A DNA stretch of 64,000 bases from Planctomycetota bacterium (GTDB lineage: Bacteria; Planctomycetota; MHYJ01; WSZJ01): positions 17,617 through 81,616 of the forward strand of contig JACPRD010000003.1 in assembly GCA_016190145.1 (NCBI GenBank), in the 5' to 3' direction. Shown here piece by piece: positions 9,565 through 18,248 of this stretch. Numbering within the stretch: position 1 is the first letter of the stretch; each line of letters begins with the position of its first letter. The notes under the pieces are model-generated. The model did not search any database and was not told the origin of the DNA. It saw nothing but the letters and a program-made list of their open reading frames with translations. The translations under genes were made by a program, and so were the position numbers.

Positions 9565-10080
9565 GTGATCGCGACCGCGCGGCTGCGCCTGCGCGATTTC
9601 CGGCCGGACGAGCTGCCCGCGTTCCTCGCGTGGCACGAGGAACCCGGGTACGCGGACTATTACGGCCCGGGGGAAGCGGAGCCGGCGCACATGCGGGGAG
9701 TCTTCGCGAAGATCCTCGGCTGGGCGGCTGAGTCGCCGCGCCTGAACTGGCAGCTCGCGATCGAGGCCGATGCGGTGATCGGCACGATCGGGATCCGGAC
9801 AAAGGGGCTCGCGCGCGGCCAGGCCGAATTCGGGCTCGGCCTCGCGCCGCGAGCGTGGGGCCTGGGGTACGCCTCCGAGGCGGCGCGAGCGATGATCCAG
9901 TTCGCATGGGACCGGCTGGGCGTGCTCGAAATCCGTGGGCTGGCGGTGACGGAAAACGCGCGAGTCCGACTGTTGATGACCCGTCTCGGATTCCGTTCCT
10001 CCGCCCCGATCCCCGGTCCGGAGTGGATGGAATTGAAAGGCTGGAGCCACACGGAGTGGACTCTCACACGCGGAGTTTGA
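9565..10080 (+). CDS. GNAT family N-acetyltransferase (RimJ/RimL-like)
   Basis: Motifs seen: RLRLRDFRPDELPAFLAW, GTIGIR...GQAEFGLGLAPRAWGLGYASEAARAMIQFAW, VTENARVRLLMTRLGF. I trimmed the start from the 9133 ORF to the in-frame GTG at 9565, and this start is uncertain. Confidence 0.75.
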   Translation: MIATARLRLRDFRPDELPAFLAWHEEPGYADYYGPGEAEPAHMRGVFAKILGWAAESPRLNWQLAIEADAVIGTIGIRTKGLARGQAEFGLGLAPRAWGLGYASEAARAMIQFAWDRLGVLEIRGLAVTENARVRLLMTRLGFRSSAPIPGPEWMELKGWSHTEWTLTRGV

Positions 10081-10158
10081 GATAGAAGGCGCGCCTCCGA
10101 GGTCGACTCTCCGAGTTCCTCCCGGTATGCTGAATGCACTTCCTTCCAGGGAGTTCCC

Positions 10159-10605
10159 ATGCCCACAGGCACGGTCCGGCTGCATCGCGTCCTGCGCACG
10201 ACGCCCGCGAAGCTGTACAAGGCTTTCCTCGACGCCGATGCCCTGGCGAGGTGGATCCCGCCCTACGGCTTCCTCTGCAAAGTTCACCAGTTTGAGCCCA
10301 AGGTCGGCGGCAAGTTCCGCATGTCGTTCACCAATTTCGGTTCGGGCACGGGCAATTCGTTCGGCGGCGAATATCTCGAGCTCGTGCCGAACGAGCGCCT
10401 CCGCTACACCGACCGCTTCGACGACCCGAACCTCCCCGGCACGATGACGGTCACGGTCGCGATGCGCCCGGTGGCATGCGGCACCGAGCTTAACGTCGTG
10501 CAGGAGGGGATCCCGGAAGTGGTCCCGGTCGAGATGTGCTACCTCGGCTGGCAGGAGTCGCTGGCGCAGCTGGCGCGCCTGGTGGAGCCGGAAATTCCCG
10601 GGTAG
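10159..10605 (+). CDS. SRPBCC / AHSA1 (Aha1-like) domain protein
   Basis: Motifs seen: RVLRTTPAKLYKAFLDADALARWIPP, GGKFRMSF, GEYLELVPNERLRYTDRF, GWQESLAQLARLVE. These are typical of the Aha1/BPI-inducible family. Confidence 0.85.
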   Translation: MPTGTVRLHRVLRTTPAKLYKAFLDADALARWIPPYGFLCKVHQFEPKVGGKFRMSFTNFGSGTGNSFGGEYLELVPNERLRYTDRFDDPNLPGTMTVTVAMRPVACGTELNVVQEGIPEVVPVEMCYLGWQESLAQLARLVEPEIPG

Positions 10606-10634
10606 CGCTGCGAAGCCGGCGCACCAGGCGCCCG

Positions 10635-11303
10635 CTATTTCTTCGTCGGACGCTCCCCTGCCACACGCTTCCCGCAGTACGCGCACGCCTGTCGCACATC
10701 CGAGCAGGCCTGGCAGAATTTCATGCTTTGCGACGGCGTTTCCTTGCGGCAGACCGTGCAAGCCCCGATCGCGGTGACGCCCTCGTGAACGCCCTTGGTC
10801 GCGCAGTCACGCTTGTCTCGAACCTCCGCCAGCTTCTCCTTCGTCCATTCCACTCGCACAGGCAGGTCCGATTCAGGCAGCTGCAGAACGAGCGCGACCA
10901 GCCCCTGCCGTCCGCCCCTGACGCCGTCTTCCCTGGCCATCCGGACGACGATCTCCTTGCCATTCGACTCGACGGCAACGACGTCCCAGTCCGAGGAAGG
11001 GCCTCCATCGGCGGTGATGACGACCACCATATGTTTCGCGTAGTCAATGTCCGTCGGCAGCGGTGCCGCCGGCGGCTTGCGCCCGCGACCGTCCAGGCCG
11101 GGATGCCAGGGCGTGAGCGCTGTTTCCGCCGCGTCCGCGTCGCGAATGACGACGGGGTCCTTCGTGGGTTGGGCGGCAAAGAGGTCTCCGTCGAGCTTCA
11201 CCCACCACCAAGGCAGGTTCTGAGCCGGCTTCCCGTCTTCCGCGCCGAGCTGAAGCGCCGCGAGGAGAGCGACGGAGCCGGCGAGCTTCTTCAAAGGGAA
11301 CAT
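10635..11303 (-). CDS. Hypothetical exported/anchored protein with C-terminal triple CxxC tail
   Basis: It has a signal-like N-terminus (MFPLKKLAGSVALLAALQLGA) and balanced composition. The tail reads CTVC...FCQAC...CAYC. An alternative ATG lies at 11342. Confidence 0.6.
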   Translation of the reverse strand: MFPLKKLAGSVALLAALQLGAEDGKPAQNLPWWWVKLDGDLFAAQPTKDPVVIRDADAAETALTPWHPGLDGRGRKPPAAPLPTDIDYAKHMVVVITADGGPSSDWDVVAVESNGKEIVVRMAREDGVRGGRQGLVALVLQLPESDLPVRVEWTKEKLAEVRDKRDCATKGVHEGVTAIGACTVCRKETPSQSMKFCQACSDVRQACAYCGKRVAGERPTKK

Positions 11304-11599
11304 GCGCGTTTGACTCTTCCGAAGGTCCGGGAGTTCCCTCATTCCGTACTTCCTCCGCGTCCACGCCTCCGAGGCCAAACTGGGGGAACCGCGGCGGCGG
11401 CGGCGGGAAAACGACTTGGGAGCTGCTCGACTTCGGCGCGGTGAAGGCCAAGTAGGCCGCCCGAAACATCGCCTCTCCTCCCCGCTCCGCCCACGCGAGG
11501 GAGGAAGTCCGCAGTCACGCCACGTTCGAGGCGGACGTGCTGGACGGTTGCGGTCCGGTGGGAACATGACGCAAACTGCGGTCCGCAAAAGGGGGAACC

Positions 11600-11977
11600 A
11601 TGGCATCCGAAGCGCAGGCGATCCGGGACACGATCAAGGCGTGGCTGAAGGCGTCGAAGGAAGGGGACAACGCGACGCTCGCGGAGTTTCTCGCCGACGA
11701 CATGAAATTCATCGTGGCGGGGCAAAAGGCGTTCGGAAAGAGGGAATTCTTCGGCGGGAGCGGCGGGAAACCATACAGGTTCAAGTCAAAGGTGAAGGTG
11801 CGCGAAGTGAACGTGCACGGCGACTGGGCGCAGACGTGGGTGGAGCTGGAGCTGGCGATCGTGCCGGAGAAGGGGATGCAGGAGATGAAGCTGGCGGGAC
11901 CGACCTTGTCGGTGTGGAAGAAAAAGGGAGGGCAGTGGCAGATCCGGAGGGATGCGAATATGGTTCTGCCGAAGTGA
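11600..11977 (+). CDS. SnoaL-like / DUF4440 (NTF2-fold) protein
   Basis: It is 125 aa with IRDTIKAWLKASKEGDNATLAEFLADDMKFI ... LSVWKKKGGQWQIRRD, a typical NTF2-like cone pattern. Confidence 0.7.
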   Translation: MASEAQAIRDTIKAWLKASKEGDNATLAEFLADDMKFIVAGQKAFGKREFFGGSGGKPYRFKSKVKVREVNVHGDWAQTWVELELAIVPEKGMQEMKLAGPTLSVWKKKGGQWQIRRDANMVLPK

Positions 11978-12072
11978 GGATGAAGCAACGGCGGGCCGCC
12001 TGGCCGGAGGCCGCCACCGCGCTTGCGGGTGGGGGCCCGCGCCGATAGGATCCCTCGCCCAGGAGGAGCTCA

Positions 12073-12630
12073 ATGTTCACGCTCGGAAGCGTCGCTATCC
12101 GTCCCCTCGAGACCGCCGACTTCGAGCTGCTGTTCCGCTGGCACCTCGACAACGAGATCGAGGTGCTGTCCGGCTGGGGACCGCGCCTCTCCCGCGAAAC
12201 GTTCGACCAGAAATGGTCCGCCCGGATCCGCGAGCCGAGGGACGACCTCCTCTTCTTTGGAATCCTGAGCGAGGGCGCGCTCGTCGGGCGGATCGAGCTG
12301 GCGCTCATCGACCGCGCGAACCGAAACGCGGCCGCGGGGCTCTTCGTGGGCGAGCGCACCGCCTGGGGAAAGGGGATCGGGAGCGCGGCCCTCCGCCTCC
12401 TGCTCGACTACGCGTTCAAGGTCGAGAACCTGGAGCGCGTCTGGGCCCACGTGTTCTCCTTCAACCCGCGCGCGATGCGCCTGATGGAGCGGGTGGGATT
12501 CGTGAAGGAAGGCGTGCTGCGGCAGCACGAGGCGCACAACGGCGCGCTCCACGACATGCACGCCTTCGGAATCCTGAAGGCGGAGTTTTATCGGAAGTTC
12601 CCGACCGTCTTCCCGATCCCAGCGCAGTGA
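12073..12630 (+). CDS. GNAT family N-acetyltransferase
   Basis: Motifs seen: IRPLETADFELLFRW, GRIEL, GKGIGSAALRLLLDYAF (acetyl-CoA loop), FSFNPRAMRLMERVGFVKEGVLR. Confidence 0.85.
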   Translation: MFTLGSVAIRPLETADFELLFRWHLDNEIEVLSGWGPRLSRETFDQKWSARIREPRDDLLFFGILSEGALVGRIELALIDRANRNAAAGLFVGERTAWGKGIGSAALRLLLDYAFKVENLERVWAHVFSFNPRAMRLMERVGFVKEGVLRQHEAHNGALHDMHAFGILKAEFYRKFPTVFPIPAQ

Positions 12631-12787
12631 GAGTCTGAGAAAAAAGCGAGCGCAGGAGCGGTGGCCGGGACGGCGCGGGCACGAAAACACCTCGACGAGC
12701 AAATTCACCCAGGTGCCCGCGCCGGCCCGTGCCACCGCGACGGACCGCTCGGGCGACTGATACGGAGCTCGATTTTTCCTCAGACTC
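12631..12787. repeat. Nested long inverted repeats filling a convergent intergenic region (probable bidirectional terminator or structured RNA)
   Basis: The outer arms are gagtctgagaaaaaa (12631-12645) and tttttcctcagactc (12773-12787). The inner arms are ggtggccgggacggcgcgggcac (12660-12682) and gtgcccgcgccggcccgtgccacc (12713-12736), complementary except for 1-2 mismatches/indel. Confidence 0.55.
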
Positions 12788-15700
12788 TCAAACGCGATGC
12801 GGCCGCAGGATCAGGCGCACCCCGTTGCGCACGCGGAGGGCCGTGGGGGGAGAGCCTCGTCGTTGCGCGCTCTGGGCGATTTCGAAGGGGTAGCTCCAGG
12901 CTCCGCCGCGCAGGATGCGCCATTCGCGCCAGGGCAGCTCCGGGGTGGAGGAGCCCCAGGATTCGACGCCGCCCGAGAGGTCACGGATGCCGTAGGGAGA
13001 TTCGTCCATCGGGAACGATCCGACGGGCATCGGAGTGAGTTTCCCGGCGATGGACTCGCTCGTGTGCGCGTAACTTCCGTCGTACTCGTTGCCGAACGAA
13101 AACACGCGGCCGTCCACGCCGCGGCAGGCCTTCTCGTATTCCTCTTCGTGCATCAGTTCCCAGGTCACGCCATCCCGCCGGGATTTCCACATGCAGTAGG
13201 CAACGGAGTCGAACCAGTCGATGGAGAAAACAGGACAACCCGGATTCCACTCAATCCTGGGATCCTCCGCCGGCGACGGAAGCCGGAATCGCGCCCCGTC
13301 CGCGATCCAGTATTTCTTTTCTCCTTCGCGGGGCTGGCGCCTGCGCGCTTCTTCAGCCCGGCCCGTGGACACCAGGTCGTTCAGAAATTCCAGGTACTCG
13401 GCGCAGGTGACCGGGAACTTCGCCATGAAGAAGTCGTCGATGATGCGCACCTGTTCGTCCCGTCTCCCCCCGGCCCAGCGTCCGCCGAACGTAAACGGCC
13501 CGCCGGGTACCAGGCAGGTGCCAGGCGGAATCTCGTCTTCCCGGTACAGGTTCACCTCCTGAATCCAGGACCCTCCTCGTTCAATCCAGACGGGCAGCCG
13601 CACCGGAGGGAAACCGGCGCCACGCAGGACGCAGAGCCACGACCCGCGCGGCAACTCGATCCCCGCGAGCGGCGTGATCCCCAGGACGCGCTCCGGCCCC
13701 AGCGCCAGCCGCTTGTCGACTTCCTCGTATCTGGCGATTGAGACCTCGACCCCCGCGACTTCGCGGCGCAGGCATTCCTCCGAGTGACCGAATCGGACGC
13801 CGTCCGGGAACGTCCGCACCTCCGGCACAGGGTTGTCCATGTCGGTGAGCGGTACACCGGGTCGCGGGCGGCCGCCCCGCCAGGCGACCGTGCAGCTCTC
13901 CGATATCTCCACCCGCCACGCCGGATCCCGAATGGGCCGCAGGCACTCGCAATCCCTCGTAAACGTCCGGATCGCCAGCGTCCCCGGCGCCTCCAGCCGA
14001 CGGCGGTACCGCCCTTCCGTGTCGCTCTGGATCAGCATGTTGCGGTACAGGAGCACGTCTTCGCGGAAGCGCCTCTGCTCGGCTTCGAGCAGGCGGTCGA
14101 GAAACAGGTCGCATCGGGCATCGGCCGCTTCCTTCGATTCCGGATCGACCGCAAGCGCCTGGCCGAATTCGGCGCTCGCCCTGGAGAAGGCGTCGATCCG
14201 CTCCTCTTTCAGGGCGCGGAGGCGCGCCTCCGCGTCCAGCAGGGGCCGTTTCTCCCCGATCGGCTGGCAGGGCTTGATCCGGTCGCTCCATTCCCGGACC
14301 GCCTTCTCCTGGGCCGTAATTTCGCCGCGGAGCTCGCGGAAGCGCAGGACCCAACTCCGCCCTTTCGCGATGCGATCGAGCGCCTCCTTCTGTTTCCTTC
14401 CCCGCTCCTTGACTCCCTCGAGAAAGAGCTGGATGTCGTCGTGAAGCTCCGTCGCGGTCTGGTAGCGGTCTTTCGTGCGGAAGGCCATCGCTTTCATGCA
14501 GATGGCGTCCAGTTCCGGAGGCACGGGTTCGGGAGCGGAGGGGGCGGGGTCTCGATGAGGATTCGCCCTGCGCAGCGAGTGGACACGGATCGAGGGCGGT
14601 TCGATCCGTCCGGACTTCACCTTTTCGATGACGTCGCGCTGCGACGTTCCTTCGAAGGGCGGCCGGTGCGTGAGGATCGCGTAGAGAATCCCTCCCAGGG
14701 AAAAGATGTCGCTTCGATGATCGACCTCCTCCCGCCGCCCTCCGGCCTGTTCGGGGGGCATGAAAGCGGGGGTTCCCACGACTTCTCCCTCGAGCGTCAG
14801 CTCCGGGGAACTCAGCGCGAGGCCCGATTCCGGACTTCCCGTTTCTCGTGCGGTCTCTCCCGCCAGCTTCGCCAGCCCCCAGTCCACGATCAGCGTCTCC
14901 CCGTAGTCGCCGATCATGATGTTCGAAGGCTTCAGGTCCCGGTGCACGACACCCCGGGAGTGCGCGAACGCGATGCCGAGGCAGATGTCCTGGAAAATGG
15001 CGAGGAGTCGCGCGCGGGAGAATCGCCCGGCGGCGTTCCCATCGGCGGCGGACAGGCCCCGGAGCACCGCGCCCAGGTCCTGGCCGCGGATCCTTTTCAT
15101 GCTCATGAAGAGCCGCCGTTCCCCCTCCGGCGTCGACAACTCGTCGAAGTCGTAGACGGGAACGATATTCGGATGGTCAAGGCGGGCCGCCAGGCGCGCT
15201 TCGCGCACGAAGCGCTCCGCGAGATCCCGGGAGACGCCGTCGAGCACCAGCTTGATCGCCACGTTTCGCTCGAGATGCCGGTCTCGTGCTTCCACCACGC
15301 GGCCCAGCCCGCCCCGCGCGATCTCAGCGCCCAGCTCGTAGCGTTCCCCGCGGACCCGTGGCTGGAATTCCAGCGCCGCACCTTTCCGGACGGGAGCCTC
15401 GAAAAGCCACTTTCTGAGCTCGGGGGGCGGATGCAGGTCCAGCAGCGCCTGCCGGACTCCGGAATCCACCGACGGAGGATCCGAAGCCTGGGCCGCCCGC
15501 GCGGCCTCCACGGTTTCGAGGGACTCCGGTGACAGGTGTCCGATCTCGGCAAGGTGTCCCGGAAGGTTGCGCGCGGGGTGACCCGGCACCAGGCACGCCA
15601 CGTTGAGGTCGTTCAACCACGCGGCGACGGCCTCGAGCAGTTGCTCGTTCGAGACGACTTTCAGCTGATGAGCCAGCAGGCCGAACTGGAGCTCGGAGCT

Positions 15701-15949
15701 GTGGTCCATGCGGCATTTCTCCCGGACGGAGCGGATCATCCTAGCAGCCGCCCTCCGGCCCTGTGCCCGGATTCGCGGTACGAAGATGGCGATGCTGCGG
15801 ATGTCCTCGCAAGTCCAGGTGTGCATGCCCGTGTTCGTCTCCGCCGCGCCGTGCTCGTTCATCCAGTCCAGGCCCCTGCGGATCAGCTGGAGCGTCTCCC
15901 TATCCACGTGCAGAGCTTCGTCCTGCCCGGGCGGGCCCGAGGGACTCAT
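12788..15949 (-). CDS. Ser/Thr protein kinase fused to a C-terminal FGE-sulfatase (SUMF1-like) domain
   Basis: Kinase motifs: ARGGLGRVV, VAIKL, HRDLKPSNI, DWGLA, GTPAFMPPEQ. The C-terminus has FFMAKFPVTCAEYLEFL, SIDWFDSVAYCMW, MHEEEYEKACRG, ILRGGAW. The ATG at 15949 is chosen because hand-counted third-position GC between 15710 and 15949 is about 86%. The alternative start at 15709 (MDHSSELQFGLLAHQ) has a better SD. Confidence 0.85.
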   Translation of the reverse strand: MSPSGPPGQDEALHVDRETLQLIRRGLDWMNEHGAAETNTGMHTWTCEDIRSIAIFVPRIRAQGRRAAARMIRSVREKCRMDHSSELQFGLLAHQLKVVSNEQLLEAVAAWLNDLNVACLVPGHPARNLPGHLAEIGHLSPESLETVEAARAAQASDPPSVDSGVRQALLDLHPPPELRKWLFEAPVRKGAALEFQPRVRGERYELGAEIARGGLGRVVEARDRHLERNVAIKLVLDGVSRDLAERFVREARLAARLDHPNIVPVYDFDELSTPEGERRLFMSMKRIRGQDLGAVLRGLSAADGNAAGRFSRARLLAIFQDICLGIAFAHSRGVVHRDLKPSNIMIGDYGETLIVDWGLAKLAGETARETGSPESGLALSSPELTLEGEVVGTPAFMPPEQAGGRREEVDHRSDIFSLGGILYAILTHRPPFEGTSQRDVIEKVKSGRIEPPSIRVHSLRRANPHRDPAPSAPEPVPPELDAICMKAMAFRTKDRYQTATELHDDIQLFLEGVKERGRKQKEALDRIAKGRSWVLRFRELRGEITAQEKAVREWSDRIKPCQPIGEKRPLLDAEARLRALKEERIDAFSRASAEFGQALAVDPESKEAADARCDLFLDRLLEAEQRRFREDVLLYRNMLIQSDTEGRYRRRLEAPGTLAIRTFTRDCECLRPIRDPAWRVEISESCTVAWRGGRPRPGVPLTDMDNPVPEVRTFPDGVRFGHSEECLRREVAGVEVSIARYEEVDKRLALGPERVLGITPLAGIELPRGSWLCVLRGAGFPPVRLPVWIERGGSWIQEVNLYREDEIPPGTCLVPGGPFTFGGRWAGGRRDEQVRIIDDFFMAKFPVTCAEYLEFLNDLVSTGRAEEARRRQPREGEKKYWIADGARFRLPSPAEDPRIEWNPGCPVFSIDWFDSVAYCMWKSRRDGVTWELMHEEEYEKACRGVDGRVFSFGNEYDGSYAHTSESIAGKLTPMPVGSFPMDESPYGIRDLSGGVESWGSSTPELPWREWRILRGGAWSYPFEIAQSAQRRGSPPTALRVRNGVRLILRPHRV

Positions 15950-16023
15950 GATCGAGTTTCCGCGGGTGGCCGCCCGATTGGCAGGGTGATCACGTCGCCG
16001 GGAGGGCGATTTGAGAGTCCGGA

Positions 16024-16052
16024 TTGACAAGGGGCGGGGAGCGGGGTAGAAT
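16024..16052 (+). promoter_or_regulatory. Near-consensus sigma70-type promoter TTGACA-17-TAGAAT
   Basis: ttgaca lies at 16024-16029 and tagaat at 16047-16052, a 17-nt spacer. It sits about 40 nt upstream of the ATG at 16094. Confidence 0.5.
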
Positions 16053-16074
16053 GTGAGTGATCATTCACTCACAT
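16051..16074. promoter_or_regulatory. Perfect 10-bp inverted repeat with 4-nt spacer (ATGTGAGTGA-TCAT-TCACTCACAT), candidate operator
   Basis: The palindrome is read directly from the sequence. It overlaps the -10 element and the predicted transcription start, in a divergent intergenic region. Confidence 0.6.
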
Positions 16075-16093
16075 CTCACCTCGAGGATCAGCC

Positions 16094-16864
16094 ATGACCC
16101 CCACGATCAAGTCAAGGCTCGCATTCGCCCTCGCCCTCGCCCTCCTTCCTGCCATTGCCGGCTCCGAAGACAAGAAGAAGCCCCCCGCCGACAAGGACGT
16201 GGCGGAACTCCTCAGGGACGACGTGGAGGTCTACCTCGCCGCCAGGATCAGAATCCTGGCCCGCAGACCGTCCTGCCGCGAGCTCGTGGCCGAGCAACTC
16301 AGACAGATCGACCCCGCGACCGACGTGCGCCTCCGGCTGCGCCTGGCACCCCTCGTCGAAGAACTGGCCAACATGGAAGCGCTGGAAGCCGAGGCACGGC
16401 GCCTGGAACCCGTGCTCAGGCGGAGGGACGATCTTGAGAAAGACGCCGACCCGAAGGGGACGAAGCACTTCGCCGCGCTGGCCGCACGCAAGAGTCTTCA
16501 TTCCAACGCATACAAATACCTGTGCTACTTCAGTTTTCCCCGCAACATGAATGGCTACGAAACGGCCGTCAGCCTCCAATACGGCAACGGCGGCGACAAC
16601 CTCGACGTCGTCATGTACGGGGGACAGAAAAACACGATTCGGGACCTCGGAACGGTCGATGACGCCGCCGTGAAGTCGGCGCCGAATGCGGCGGAAACTG
16701 AACTCTGGGGAACGAGCCTCGTCGCGGAGAAGGACCACGTGTACATCGAGCATTGTCTCGACGAGCGCGAGAGCGTGAACCAGACGTTCAAGTTCAAGGT
16801 CGTCGACATGAAGCCGGGCGAATGGATCCTCATCGAGTGGGAGTCGATTCCCCAGGACAAGTGA
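16094..16864 (+). CDS. Hypothetical exported protein (lower-GC gene)
   Basis: It has a signal peptide (MTPTIKSRLAFALALALLPAIAGS), balanced amino-acid composition, and no family I recognise. Confidence 0.75.
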   Translation: MTPTIKSRLAFALALALLPAIAGSEDKKKPPADKDVAELLRDDVEVYLAARIRILARRPSCRELVAEQLRQIDPATDVRLRLRLAPLVEELANMEALEAEARRLEPVLRRRDDLEKDADPKGTKHFAALAARKSLHSNAYKYLCYFSFPRNMNGYETAVSLQYGNGGDNLDVVMYGGQKNTIRDLGTVDDAAVKSAPNAAETELWGTSLVAEKDHVYIEHCLDERESVNQTFKFKVVDMKPGEWILIEWESIPQDK

Positions 16865-16959
16865 GAGCGCGTGGAGAATTCGAGCGCCTGCCTCGCTCCA
16901 TTAAAATCAGCCTGACATCAGGATGAGAAACCGGCGCTCCCCGATTACACTGGCCGCGC

Positions 16960-18168
16960 ATGTCCCTTCAGCTCAAACCGCGCAGACTCTATCGCGTCCT
17001 GAAGACGCTGCCCGTCACCGACTCGAGAATTCCGATTCCTGCCGGGACCATCCTGAAGTTCGTGGAACGCCGTCAGGCGCCGCCGCTGGAGGAGTGGGAG
17101 TTCTACGATCGCGCGAAGGACCTCCCTCGGTCCAGTCTCGCGGCTCCTCCGCCCGAAATGCGCCCCCGCTTCGAGATTCTCTCCGGGGGGCACCTCCCCG
17201 CGCATCCCGTGGTGGAGCGGACGGAGGAATTCCTGAAGCGCCTGAGATTCAGGAAAGCGACGTACCGGGTGCTCAGGGATTTCGAAGCGTCGTCGCCGCT
17301 GCAACGGGTGATCCGGAAGGGTACGCGGCTGGAGCTGATCGGAAAGCGCTCGACGGAGCAACCGATCGAATGGAGATTCGAAACGGGCGAATCCTTTCGC
17401 GCGCAGGTCCGCCTGGGCACCCGGTTTCCCGGCGACGGGATCAACGTCATGAAGGATCCTCAGAAGTACCTCGAGTCAGGCGTCGCGCAGGCGTTTCCCT
17501 CCGGCCTGACGCTGGTTCCCGGGGTGGAATACCGAGTGCGCCGGCGCTTTCAAGCCGGGTCTTCCACGGTGCCCGTGCCGGAAGGCACATGGCTCCAATT
17601 CGTGACGGAAAGCGGCGACGCGATCGAATTCCAGTCGATGGAGGAGATTCCCGACCGGGTAGTCCTGCGGCGCTCGGATCCGCTCCTGTCGGACGTCTTC
17701 CCGGCTCTCCACGCGTTCCTCGCTCCTTATGATTCCGAAACGGACTTCCTGCCCCGCGAGAGCGGCAGCCTCAAGTTCGAAGCACACCGGGTGGAATGGG
17801 AAGCGCTTCGTTCTTTCGTCGCCGAAGCCGCCCGCCGCCTCGATCCCGATTTTCAAGTTCCATCCCTGACCGGCTTCGAACCGGGCCATTCGGGAGAGCA
17901 CGGCGAACCGGGCTACGCGAAGAGCCGGCGCTACGGCCCCCCCGCCGGCTCGCAGATCATCGAGATCGACGGCGAAACCGAGGACCGTGAGGGCCTCCTG
18001 CACGACCGCACCCGGATCGAGGCGAACCGCGACGGAAAGTCCGTCGTCGAAGTCGAATGGGCCCATGCGGAAGGCTCGGGGCACCTGCTGAGCCTCTTCA
18101 TTCAGGGACGCGGAACCGAGGTCCGGCCGCTCCTCGAGCAGTTCAGGAAGGAATTCGGGAAATCCTGA
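16960..18168 (+). CDS. Hypothetical cytoplasmic protein with three ~45-aa N-terminal repeats
   Basis: The repeats are LYRVLKTLPV..IPAGTILKFVER..EEWEFYD, TYRVLRDFEA..IRKGTRLELIGKR..IEWRFET and EYRVRRRFQA..VPEGTWLQFVTES..IEFQSME. I recognise no family. Confidence 0.75.
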   Translation: MSLQLKPRRLYRVLKTLPVTDSRIPIPAGTILKFVERRQAPPLEEWEFYDRAKDLPRSSLAAPPPEMRPRFEILSGGHLPAHPVVERTEEFLKRLRFRKATYRVLRDFEASSPLQRVIRKGTRLELIGKRSTEQPIEWRFETGESFRAQVRLGTRFPGDGINVMKDPQKYLESGVAQAFPSGLTLVPGVEYRVRRRFQAGSSTVPVPEGTWLQFVTESGDAIEFQSMEEIPDRVVLRRSDPLLSDVFPALHAFLAPYDSETDFLPRESGSLKFEAHRVEWEALRSFVAEAARRLDPDFQVPSLTGFEPGHSGEHGEPGYAKSRRYGPPAGSQIIEIDGETEDREGLLHDRTRIEANRDGKSVVEVEWAHAEGSGHLLSLFIQGRGTEVRPLLEQFRKEFGKS

Positions 18169-18248
18169 TCAGTAAGTCCCGAACTTCCTGAGTCTATAGT
18201 GGGAGAGTCCGGAGAATCCGGGGAACAGGCCTTCCCGAGTTACGTGCG

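Noticed and set aside
15710-16030. The extreme TTG start at 16030 for the kinase-FGE gene.
   Set aside because: It would run through the promoter/palindrome region. The ATG at 15949 (supported by coding-like GC3) or the ATG at 15709 (better SD, paralog-like N-terminus) is more plausible.
16051-16074. Reading the palindrome as a CRP/FNR-type site, because it contains TGTGA ... TCACA.
   Set aside because: The TGTGA and TCACA half-sites are 12 nt apart here rather than the 6 nt of the CRP consensus. I kept it only as a generic candidate operator.
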